Shown: one piece after another, positions 31,449 to 40,679 of the stretch
How positions within the stretch are numbered: the first letter of the stretch is position 1
Layout: each line of letters starts with the position of its first letter
Source of the DNA: an uncultured delta proteobacterium
Lineage (GTDB): Bacteria > Desulfobacterota > Desulfobaccia > Desulfobaccales > 0-14-0-80-60-11
Direction: 5' to 3'
NCBI GenBank assembly: GCA_963796215.1
Contig: CAWCKU010000012.1
Span: 35,049-99,048 of the forward strand
Length of the DNA: 64,000 nt
Program-made: the position numbers and the translations under genes
Notes under the pieces: model-generated
Told to the model about the DNA's origin: nothing
What the model saw: only the letters and a program-made list of their open reading frames with translations
Databases searched by the model: none

Positions 31449-33608
31449 TCACTGGCTCACTAACTTTTGAATCACCTTAAAAACCTCCGGCGACACCGAG
31501 GTGAAGCGGATCTCGACCTCCGTGCGGCCCTCCGCCCCGGGGTTCACCGCCGTCACCTTGCCGTAGATCTTTCCCGGCACCTCCGTGCCGTCCTCCGCCA
31601 GCAGGTGGAGGCGCACGTCCTGCCAGGCCTCAGGCTCGCCCTGCAAGGCCATCCGGGCCCCGGTTTCTCCCAGCTCGCTGATTCGGGCCTCTTCGATGGT
31701 AATGGTGACGATTTTATCTTTCATCAAGTCCAGGCGCGCCGCCAGAGGTTGGGCTAGCCGCGTCAGGACGTAGCTCTTGGCCTTCAGGCTGATGTTATAG
31801 GGGTCGCCGATGCCCTGCACGATATAGAGGGTAACGGTGCCGCTGACTCCTTTCATCTGGGCCTGCACCTCCCCCTCGATCTGCACCAGATCCCGCACCC
31901 GTTCATAGGTGTCGGGGCTGATAAGCACCTGGCCGCCCATCGCGTAAGCCTCGATGCGGCTGGTGAAGTTGACATGGGCTCCCACCACGCTGTACTTGGT
32001 GCGGCGCTCGGAGCCGATGTTGCCCACCACCACCTCGCCGGTATTCACCGCGATGCCCATCTCCAGGTGCGGGAGATTGTCGGCCTCGTTTAAGGCATTG
32101 ATTTCGTCCATCGCCGCCTGCATTTGCAGGGCGCAGGCCACCGTCCGGGCCGGATGATCCGCCATCGGCGTCGGCGCCCCGAAAAAGGCCAGGATGCCGT
32201 CCCCCACGATTTCGTCGATGACCGCCTGGTTGTCGGTGAGGATCTCGATCATCTTGCCCAGGTAGCGGTTCAGAAAGGTCACCACCTGCTCCGGGTGCAT
32301 GTCCGCGGTGATCGCGGTGAAGCCCCGCAGGTCGCTCATGATGATGGAGACCTCCCGGAATTCGCCCCCCATCTCCAGGGCGTCTTTATCTTCCAGGAGC
32401 TTTTTTACCACTTCCTGGGTGACGTAGCGCCCGAAGGTGTCCCGGACGAAGTCCCGCTTGGCGATGTACTCCGCCAGGTGCTCGCCCATGTGGTTGAAGG
32501 AGCGGGCCAGATGGGCGATCTCCTTGGCGCCCGTTTCCGGTACCGTGGCGCTGAAATCGCCCTGAGCGATGTCCGCGGTTTTCCGGGCCAGGGCCCGCAG
32601 TGGTTTGGTGATCCTCCGGGAGATGCCGGTAATCGCCACGGCCAGGAAAACCAGGCCCAGGATGGCGATGGCCACGGTGCGCTGCACCAGGCGCTGGGCG
32701 TCGGCGAATAATTCGTCATCCGGGAAAACCACCCCCAGGGACCAGCCGGTGGCTGGCAGGGGGGCATAATAAAACCAGGACTTCTTGCCGGTGAGAGATG
32801 CGGGGATGGGCACAAAGCCCTCGCCGCCTCGGATCATATCCCGCCCCACCTCCCGCATCTCGGGAGATTTCCTGGCTTCCGCCAGGCTGAACATGCTCTC
32901 CCGCATGATCCAATCTTCCTTGGGATGGGTGACGAAGACGCCGTCCTGCGAAACGAGAAAGGCGAAGCCGCTCTCATAAATCTTCACCGCGGCGACGATA
33001 TCTGTCAGCCGCCTCAGCGAGAGGTCGGCCCCCACCACCCCGGCCAACTGCCGATGGCCTTCGGTTTCCCGGTAAAATGGCACCGAAAAGGTGGACATGA
33101 CAATGTTGCCGCCGCCTTCGTCAAAATAGGGCGCGCTCCATAGCGGCCGCCCCAATTCCCGGGGGACCTGGTACCAATCCAGGCCGAAGTACTGATAGGA
33201 GTCGCCGCCCAACCATTTAAGTTGCTGCTGATCGCCGTTGCGGAAACAGTAAGGCATGAAATATTTTGACTTGGGATTGCCGGCGTAGGGTTCGAAGGCG
33301 ACGCCCAGGCCGAACAGCTCTTTATTGTGCTCCATGCCCGTCTGAAGCAATTGCACCAAATCATCCCGCTCACAGGAGATATGTTCCAGGGTGTCTGCCA
33401 GGTTCAACGGAATCTTTTCCACCCCCCGCAGGATCACCTCTATCCGGTAAACCGTCTCCCGGGTCAGGTGCATGGCGGTCTCCTGAGCCCGCCGGATGAT
33501 GCCCTCCTTGGAGGCATAATAATTATAGGCTGACGCCGCTAAAAAAATGGCCGCGGCGCCGCTCAGCACAAAGAAGATGAGTTGGGTGGCCAGGCTCTTA
33601 TTTCTCAT
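31449..33608 (-). CDS. Class III nucleotide cyclase (dCache-HAMP-cyclase-PilZ-like tail), Cya2-like, probable guanylyl cyclase
   Basis: dCache DWY..P....WSAPYFDEGGG; SDLRGFT, DEIVGDG, GNIGSERRTKYSVVGAHVNFTSRIE. Confidence 0.88.
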   Translation of the reverse strand: MRNKSLATQLIFFVLSGAAAIFLAASAYNYYASKEGIIRRAQETAMHLTRETVYRIEVILRGVEKIPLNLADTLEHISCERDDLVQLLQTGMEHNKELFGLGVAFEPYAGNPKSKYFMPYCFRNGDQQQLKWLGGDSYQYFGLDWYQVPRELGRPLWSAPYFDEGGGNIVMSTFSVPFYRETEGHRQLAGVVGADLSLRRLTDIVAAVKIYESGFAFLVSQDGVFVTHPKEDWIMRESMFSLAEARKSPEMREVGRDMIRGGEGFVPIPASLTGKKSWFYYAPLPATGWSLGVVFPDDELFADAQRLVQRTVAIAILGLVFLAVAITGISRRITKPLRALARKTADIAQGDFSATVPETGAKEIAHLARSFNHMGEHLAEYIAKRDFVRDTFGRYVTQEVVKKLLEDKDALEMGGEFREVSIIMSDLRGFTAITADMHPEQVVTFLNRYLGKMIEILTDNQAVIDEIVGDGILAFFGAPTPMADHPARTVACALQMQAAMDEINALNEADNLPHLEMGIAVNTGEVVVGNIGSERRTKYSVVGAHVNFTSRIEAYAMGGQVLISPDTYERVRDLVQIEGEVQAQMKGVSGTVTLYIVQGIGDPYNISLKAKSYVLTRLAQPLAARLDLMKDKIVTITIEEARISELGETGARMALQGEPEAWQDVRLHLLAEDGTEVPGKIYGKVTAVNPGAEGRTEVEIRFTSVSPEVFKVIQKLVSQ

Positions 33609-34608
33609 CAGGGGTATCGCAATCGCAATAAAACTTGGAAAAATCGGGAATCTCTCTGATGGTCCCGTCATCCTTCAGACCTTTCGCGGCCCGATAATAA
33701 TCATCCGGGTCCAGGCCGCCTATGGGCCCCCGGGGTCCGGCGGCCAGGATCATGGTCCGCAGGCGCTCCAGCATCCATTGCTGGTGGACCCGGTTGGTGG
33801 GCACATGAGCCGCGTCCACGTATTTCATGACGATGTCCAAAGCTTCCTCGGGGTGGGCCAGGGCATATTCCCAGCCGGCGATGGAACCCTGAACAAATTG
33901 GCGGCACACTTGCGGCTTTTCCTTAAAGGTCCGCTCCAGGCAGTAAATGCCGTCTTCAGGGACATTGAGGCCATGCGCGGCCAGGAAAAAGGCGGTCAAA
34001 TCCTCAGGATTCAGGCCGGCGTTAAGGAGCAGGTGATATTCGTTGTACCACATGGCCGAAGCTACATCCACGCCGCCCCGCAAGAAGAGATTCAGGGTCG
34101 CCCCCTGTGGCACGGTCTGCACCTTAAGACCATACTTGCGGAAAAAGGCATGGACCTGACCTTGGAAATCCTCACCCCAGAGGCCCACCTTTTTGCCATT
34201 GATATCTTCTGGTTCAATGATGCCGCTGGACTTTTTGGCGATCAGCATCAGGGCCGAATGCTGCGCCAACTGGCAAATATTCACCAGTTTAAGGCCCCGG
34301 GCTCGCCGGACAATGCCGGCGGTGAGCTGCATGGTGCCGAAATCGGCCCGTCCCTGGGCCAGCATCTCCGAAGGGGGCCATTCCGGTCCGCCCCGCAGGA
34401 TCCTGACGTCCAGGCCCCGCTCCCGGTAGAAGCCTTTTTCGTAGGCCACGTAGAAGCCGGCGAACTGGGCCTGGGGCTGCCATTGGGGGATGAAGGAGAC
34501 GGTGGCCGACTCGGCGATGCCGACGGCGGCAAAGCACAGGAGAAACCAGATAAAAATCAGGCGGCAAGGCCTTCTGAGGGCTGAATATTGCAGGGGACCA
34601 GGCTCCAT
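33598..34608 (-). CDS. NMT1/THI5-like periplasmic binding protein overlapping the cyclase start
   Basis: Signal peptide; QWQPQAQFAGFYVAYEKGFY, AMWYNE. Confidence 0.9.
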   Translation of the reverse strand: MEPGPLQYSALRRPCRLIFIWFLLCFAAVGIAESATVSFIPQWQPQAQFAGFYVAYEKGFYRERGLDVRILRGGPEWPPSEMLAQGRADFGTMQLTAGIVRRARGLKLVNICQLAQHSALMLIAKKSSGIIEPEDINGKKVGLWGEDFQGQVHAFFRKYGLKVQTVPQGATLNLFLRGGVDVASAMWYNEYHLLLNAGLNPEDLTAFFLAAHGLNVPEDGIYCLERTFKEKPQVCRQFVQGSIAGWEYALAHPEEALDIVMKYVDAAHVPTNRVHQQWMLERLRTMILAAGPRGPIGGLDPDDYYRAAKGLKDDGTIREIPDFSKFYCDCDTPDEK

Positions 34609-34886
34609 GGGGTTATTGCATCTTATCGGTTTCCTCCCGGGGTTTCAATAGGATAAAACCTAACTCCCGAGCCTGGGGAGGCCGGGGAGAAAGACGCCGG
34701 CCCGGCCCCGCACCTCGGGCAAGTCCTCTGCCCCCCTCTCTTCGGCCAGCCCTGAAAAAAAAGGGTGTTATCGCTGCCCGGTTATCACTAAGCGGACGGA
34801 ATAACACCCTTTGGTCAATTGTCACGACTTACTTTAAATTACCTGGTCCATTCCTGCGGATTCCCGCGAGCTTGCCCCCACGGAAA

Positions 34887-35840
34887 CTAACGTTTTTCCT
34901 CACCGGGACCGCCCTTTTCAGGTTGAGTCGCGCCAGGGGCAGCCTTAGGTGCAGGGGCCGGGGCCGGTGCAGCTTTGGGAGCCGGTGCCGGGCCCGGCTT
35001 CGGTGCCGCCGGGGGGGCCACCTGGGCCGGACCAGGTCTCGGTCCCGCCGGTGGAGCTACATGAGCGGGTCCTGGCTTCGGTTCCGCCGGCGGAGCCACT
35101 TGGGCCGGACCTGGTCTCGGTCCCGCCGGGGGAGCCACATGAGCGGGTCCTGGCTTCGGTTCCGCCGGGGGGGCTACATGAGCGGGTCCTGGTCTCGGTT
35201 CCGCCGGGGGGGCCACATGAGCGGGTCCTGGTCTCGGTCCCGCCGGGGGGGCTACATGAGTCGGACCTGTTGGTCCTGGTCCTGCAGGCGGGGTCACCTG
35301 ACCAGGGCCTGGTCTCTGTCCCGGGGTCGGGGTCACTTGACCCGGGCCTGGGCCTGGTCGCTGTCCGCCTGTAGCGGTTGGAGCACTGGGGTGGCCACGG
35401 AATCCTTTTTGCCACTCTCCAGCCTGCCCATGTTGGTGTTGTTCAAAAAATTTCTCGTCATAGCGGCGACCTTGCCGGTGTTGGCGCCAATAGGGATACT
35501 CTTGCTGAAAATGCTGATAGTAATCAGGATGTCCTTTGTACCACGTCAGCCACCGCGGCGCATACCAGGTACCGGGTCTCACGATATAAGTGGGAGCATA
35601 AGAGTAATACGGGGCCCAGCCGTATTGGGGGCCGAAAAAGTAATACAGGATGCCATTCAAAAACCAATCGCCGTTGTAATAGACCCACGGCGTATCAGGC
35701 CCCACCCAGGGTGATGCATAGGGATCAGAGGGCGGGGGTGGATAATTATAGCCCTGAGCATAAGAAGGCGCCGACATGGCGGTGACCGCGCCTCCAGCCA
35801 GCAGAATTGCCAGCATCAAAATAAAAGCTACCTTTTTCAT
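34887..35840 (-). CDS. Secreted protein with aromatic-rich N-domain and Pro-rich 14-aa repeats
   Basis: Signal MKKVAFILMLAILL; PWVYYNGDWF...GWAPYY; repeats PGPAHVAPPA(G/E)P(R/K). Confidence 0.8.
   Translation of the reverse strand: MKKVAFILMLAILLAGGAVTAMSAPSYAQGYNYPPPPSDPYASPWVGPDTPWVYYNGDWFLNGILYYFFGPQYGWAPYYSYAPTYIVRPGTWYAPRWLTWYKGHPDYYQHFQQEYPYWRQHRQGRRYDEKFFEQHQHGQAGEWQKGFRGHPSAPTATGGQRPGPGPGQVTPTPGQRPGPGQVTPPAGPGPTGPTHVAPPAGPRPGPAHVAPPAEPRPGPAHVAPPAEPKPGPAHVAPPAGPRPGPAQVAPPAEPKPGPAHVAPPAGPRPGPAQVAPPAAPKPGPAPAPKAAPAPAPAPKAAPGATQPEKGGPGEEKR
34990..35350 (-). repeat. Intragenic 42-bp tandem repeat (about 8 diverged units)
   Basis: Recurrent ACATGAGCGGGTCCTGG(C/T)(T/C)TCGGT units spaced 42 nt apart. 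Confidence 0.85.
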
Positions 35841-36151
35841 AAGTTTCCTCCCAGTGGATTTTTGCCGGAACATTTGCTTTAAAATAAGTCTGCCAATCAA
35901 CGATGCAAGAATCCGAATCTAGAAAAGATCAGCGACTTAGGAAGAAATCAGGCCTTGGGGTCTTGCCCTACCGATTTCCGGGTTAGCGGAGGCGGCAGCG
36001 CTAGACAGCCAAAAGAGCTTAAACCGCTGGTGCAGAGAGGGTCCGGGGGGGGGTGAAATTTAGGGTTAGTCCTTCAGGAGATCTCCATCCCGCCAACCCC
36101 ATTATCTCAGGGGAGGGGGTTGTTAAGGCAACGCCCTGGCGAAACCCCACT

Positions 36152-38125
36152 TCAGGCCGCGGCCTTCAGCCTCTGGCGAATAATCTGGTAGACCTCCGGC
36201 GCCACCGACGTGAAACGGATGGTTGCGGTGAGGCGGCCATCCGCCCCGGTCTGCACCTGGGTCACCTTGCCGTAGATTTTTCCGGGAATGGCCGCGCCCT
36301 GGTCGTCCAGCATCTGCAGGCGCACATCCTCCCATTCCACCAATTCGCCCTCAAAGGCCAACCGGGCTGCGGTCTCGCTGAGATGGGTGGCCCACACCGC
36401 CTCGTTGCTGCCGATGACCACCTTTTCCCGGATGCGGTGCAGATGGAATTTAAGGGGCGCCGGCAGTTGAACCAGGGCCTCCTGCCGGGCCTTAAGCTGA
36501 ATGTTGTAAGGGCCGCCGATGGACCGCACCTCATACAGGGTGGCCTTGCCGGGGATGCCTTTCATCTCCGCAGTCAGAACCTCTCCTATTTCCACCAGGC
36601 CCTTCACCCGCTCATAGGTATCAGCGCTGATGAGCACCTGCCCCCCCAGGGCAAAGGATTCGATCCGGCTGGTAAAATTGACGTGAGCCCCCACCACGCT
36701 GTATTTGGCCCGGCGCTCCGAGCCGATATTACCCACCACCACCGCGCCGGTGTTCACCGCGACCCCCATCTCCAGGTAGGGCAGGCCGTCAGCTTCGTTT
36801 AGAAAATTAATCTCATCCATGGCCGCCTGCATGGCCATGGCGCAAGCCACCGCTCGCACCGGGTGGTCCTCCAGGGGCTCCGGGGCCCCGAAAAAGGCCA
36901 GGATGCCGTCGCCCAGGATCTCGTCGATGACGGCCCGGTAATCCAGGAGAATCTCAATCATCTTCTCCAGATAGCGGTTGAGAAAGGCGATAATATCCTG
37001 CGGCTCCAGGTCGGCGGTCAGGGCGGTAAAGCCCCGCAGATCGCAGATGAGCAAGGACACTTCCCGGGTCTCGCCTCCCATCTCCAGGGCATCTTTGTCT
37101 TCCAGGAGTCTTTTCACCACTTCCTGGGTGACATAGCGCCCGAAGGTATCCCGGATGAAATCCCGTTTTTCGATGTAGTCGGTAAGTTGCTCGCCTAGAT
37201 TATTGAAGGATCGGGCCAGGGCCGCCACCTCCCTGACGCCTTGCTCAGGCACCGCCACCGCGAAATCCCCTTCCCCCACCTGATGCACCGCCGCCTCCAG
37301 ACGGCGCAGCGGCCGGGAAATGGCCCCGGCGAACCACAGGCCTCCCAGGACGGCCAGCAGAGCCAGGACCAGCCCCGCGATCAGACTACCGATCCTGACT
37401 TGCCGATCGATGGCTTTCTCATGTTCCGCCAGGCGCTCCCTGGTCCTGGCCAGGATTTCCTCGCTGGCCCTCTTGATCTCGTCCCCGGTGGGCTTAAAGA
37501 ATTCATCAATATTTACTATGGCCGCGACAATAAACGGCGTCCCGGGAAGGCGCACCCGGGCTGAATACCTTTGCCGCTCTCGCTTTTGGTGGTCAAAAAA
37601 GGTGAAGTATCCCGAGACCTGGTTTTCGGTAAACGACCTTTTCACCAGCTCGGTGGTTTCCGGGTATTCCTCCTGCCAATCCAACTGGTTGCGGCCTTCC
37701 ACCTTGGGGTCGGGATGAAAGAGGATATAACCATGCTGGTCATACAGATCGGTATAGCCGGCTTCCTTCCCAAAGGCATAGATCTTCTGAATAGCCAGTT
37801 TTCTGAGGTTGGGGTTATGACGAATTTGGGCGTAGTCATAACTCTTCTTGCCTTTGAAATAATGCGCCAGTTCCCTGGCAACGTCTTCAGCTTTATCCTG
37901 GACAATATATTCGCCCACCGCGGTGAGAATCTTTTTTGACACCTGGATATTGGCAGCCGTGGCGGTTTGCATGGCCTGGCCCGAGGTCTTCAGGGATCGG
38001 GCCAGCAGGACGTCGGTAGCATAGTCTTCGACGACCGCCATCCCCGCGATAAGCAGCAGAATCAGCGCCAGATAGGAAAACAGCAGATAGGTGCGGATGC
38101 TAAGAGAGCGCAGTGGCATGGCCAT
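36152..38125 (-). CDS. Second Cya2-like class III cyclase (Cache-like sensor, HAMP, cyclase, PilZ-like tail)
   Basis: CDLRGFT, DEILGDG, GNIGSERRAKYSVVGAHVNFTSRIE; cytoplasmic half closely paralogous to 31449-33608. Confidence 0.88.
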   Translation of the reverse strand: MAMPLRSLSIRTYLLFSYLALILLLIAGMAVVEDYATDVLLARSLKTSGQAMQTATAANIQVSKKILTAVGEYIVQDKAEDVARELAHYFKGKKSYDYAQIRHNPNLRKLAIQKIYAFGKEAGYTDLYDQHGYILFHPDPKVEGRNQLDWQEEYPETTELVKRSFTENQVSGYFTFFDHQKRERQRYSARVRLPGTPFIVAAIVNIDEFFKPTGDEIKRASEEILARTRERLAEHEKAIDRQVRIGSLIAGLVLALLAVLGGLWFAGAISRPLRRLEAAVHQVGEGDFAVAVPEQGVREVAALARSFNNLGEQLTDYIEKRDFIRDTFGRYVTQEVVKRLLEDKDALEMGGETREVSLLICDLRGFTALTADLEPQDIIAFLNRYLEKMIEILLDYRAVIDEILGDGILAFFGAPEPLEDHPVRAVACAMAMQAAMDEINFLNEADGLPYLEMGVAVNTGAVVVGNIGSERRAKYSVVGAHVNFTSRIESFALGGQVLISADTYERVKGLVEIGEVLTAEMKGIPGKATLYEVRSIGGPYNIQLKARQEALVQLPAPLKFHLHRIREKVVIGSNEAVWATHLSETAARLAFEGELVEWEDVRLQMLDDQGAAIPGKIYGKVTQVQTGADGRLTATIRFTSVAPEVYQIIRQRLKAAA

Positions 38126-38276
38126 CTCCAAAAATCCCCGGGTTGCTGACCCAGCCCCAGGCGGCAGGACCGGCCCCAGCCATATATTTTGTTCGGATTA
38201 TATAACCTTTCGGCAACTACGGTGAGAAAATGAAGGCTGGCGGAAAAGCTGAGGTGCCGCGGCATTTAACCAACTC

Positions 38277-39591
38277 TCAAGGATAAATCCGGTCAATCAG
38301 CCGCGGGAAGGGGATAGTCTCCCGCACGTGGTGCAGGCCGCAGAGCCAGGCCACCACCCGTTCGATGCCCAGGCCGAAGCCGCCATGGGGCACGCTGCCA
38401 TAACGGCGCAGATCCAGGTACCACTCCAGGGGCTCCCGGGGCAGGTTATGGGCCGCCAGGCTCTTAAGCAGGGTCTCCAGGTCATCCATGCGCTGGGAGC
38501 CGCCGACGATCTCGCCATAGCCTTCCGGGGCCAACAGGTCGACGCACAGGGCCAGGCGCGGGTCGGCCGGGTCCGGCTCCATGTAAAAGGCCTTGGCGGA
38601 CCTAGGGTAGCGGTGCACCAGCACCGGCCGCTTAAACATCTGGGACAGCACGGTCTCTTCATCCCCGCCCAGGTCTTCCCCCCAGGGGATCTCCTTGCCC
38701 TGCTCCTTGAGGCGCTCCAGGGCCTCGCCATAGCTCAGGCGGGGAAAAGGCCCGGCCACCACCTGCTCCAACGGTCCCAGGTCCCGCTCCAAGAGGCGCA
38801 ACTGCGGCTCCTGGTGCTCCAGCACCCGTGCCACCACGTGGCGCACCAGGTCTTCCGCCAGCGCCATGACATCTTCCAGGGTAAAGAAGGCGGCCTCGGC
38901 CTCCACCATCCAAAACTCCGTCAGGTGGCGCCGGGTCTTGGATTTTTCGGCCCGGAAGGTGGGCCCGAAACAATAGACCCGGCCCAGGGCCATGGCCGCG
39001 GCCTCCAGGTAGAGCTGGCCGCTTTGCGACAGGTAGGCCTTGCCCTGGTCCAGGTAGTTGGTCTCGAACAGACTGGTGGTGCCTTCGCACGACGTCGGCG
39101 TCAGGATGGGGGTGTCCACCAGGACGAAGCCCCGCTCCTGAAAAAAATCGCGGCAGGCCCGGCAAACCTCGTCCCGGACCCGCAGGATGGCCTGCTGGCG
39201 GGGCGACCTGAGCCAGAGATGGCGCCGGTCCAGCAGGAAGGCCACCCCGTGCTCCTTGGGAGAGATGGGAAATTCTTGGGAGATGTTGCACCGGGCGCAA
39301 CCGGGAGACCTCCAACTCATAGCCTCCGGGGGCCCTGGGTTCGGCCTTCACTTTACCCTCCAGGATCAGGGAGGACTCCAGGGTGAGGCGGTCGAACTGC
39401 TGAAAGTCTTCCTCCGGCAGGTTGCCCTTGACCAGGACCCCTTGGGCCAGGCCGGTGCCGTCCCGCACCACCAGGAAACGCACCTTGCCGCTGGAGCGCA
39501 GATGGTAGACCCAGCCGCGCAGGGTGACGGTCTGCCCCACGTGGGTCTGCAAGTCGGCGATAGCGGTTACCGGCGGTGATTCAGTATTCAT
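38277..39591 (-). CDS. asnS: Asparagine--tRNA ligase, frameshift near 39290
   Basis: OB fold LRGWV..LRSSGK.RF.VVRDGTG; [22 protein letters not shown]; GFGLGIER. Confidence 0.93.
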
Positions 39592-39709
39592 TGAGAGGAT
39601 CACTAATCCGTATGGGTGGCTCGCAGCCGCCCCTACAGCTGATATTTTCTGAGGCCGTTCTTCGATTTCTCTCTTTTTGGCTCACCGCCGGAAACCAACT
39701 GCTCACGGC

Positions 39710-40678
39710 TTACTGGGCCACTCCTGACAACATAATCTTGATATGGGCCTTTTCCCTGAGGGTCTTGACCCACTCGGAGAAGCGCTTTTCCATCTCCTTC
39801 TGCTGTAGGATGCGGCGAATCTCCGGGGCAGCCTCTTCAAAGGACCGGGCCTGTCCAGAACGGCGTTCCACCAACTGGATCAACTGAATCCCCTCCGGAG
39901 TCAAGGCCGGGGCCACCTCTTTGGGCTTCAACCGCCCTAAAAATTCCGCCAGCTTGGGGTCCAGGTCGGTTTGGTTGACAAAACCGACATCGGTCTCTTC
40001 CAAGGAGAATTTCTTGGCCAGCGTCCTGGAAAGAAACGCCGTTTTTGACTTCCGCCAGAACCGCTTCGGCCTTCTTCTTGAGTTCCTCCTTTTGGGCATC
40101 CGTGGTGCCCGGAGGAAAAGGAATCCTGATGGCGCGCAGATGCATCTGGGCGCCGCCACTTCCCTTATAATGCTCCTCGTAAATCCGGCGGACCTCGGCT
40201 TCGCTGACCATGGACTTGGCCCCCACCGCGATGGTGACCAGGCGCTCCTGGATCATCTGGTCGGTGAGGTTTTGTTTGAATTCCTTCAAGGTGAGGCCGG
40301 CCTTGCTCAGGGCATTTTTAAGGGCCTCGTCGTCCGGCAGATTGTTGCGCTTTTTGAAAGTTTCCAGGGCGGCCGCCATTTCTTTGTCCTCGATGGTCAT
40401 CCCCCGGCGTTTGGCCTCAGCTTTGGCCAGTTTCCGGTCGATCAAGGACTCCAGCATCTGGCGTTCGACTTCTTTTTCTTCTTTGCCCTTGGGTTTGATG
40501 CCCGCCTGGGCCTCCATGGATTTGGAGGCCGCCTGCAGCTCCGACATGGTGATGATTTCATCGTTGACCTCAGCCACGATGCGGTCCACCACTTCGGCGG
40601 CGCTCACTTTGACCATGAGCACTGCAGCAGGCAGGTCAATGCCACCGTCAGCAGCCCTCTAAAAATTATCTTCATCAT
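39710..40678 (-). CDS. SurA-family peptidyl-prolyl isomerase/chaperone, frameshifted
   Basis: EVVDRIVAEVNDEIITMSEL (SurA N), parvulin-like remnant, LREKAHIKI; next to mfd. Confidence 0.85.
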
Positions 40679-40679
40679 T

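Noticed and set aside
34990-35350. Possible CRISPR array
   Set aside because: Units are contiguous in-frame coding repeats with no unique spacers and no cas genes
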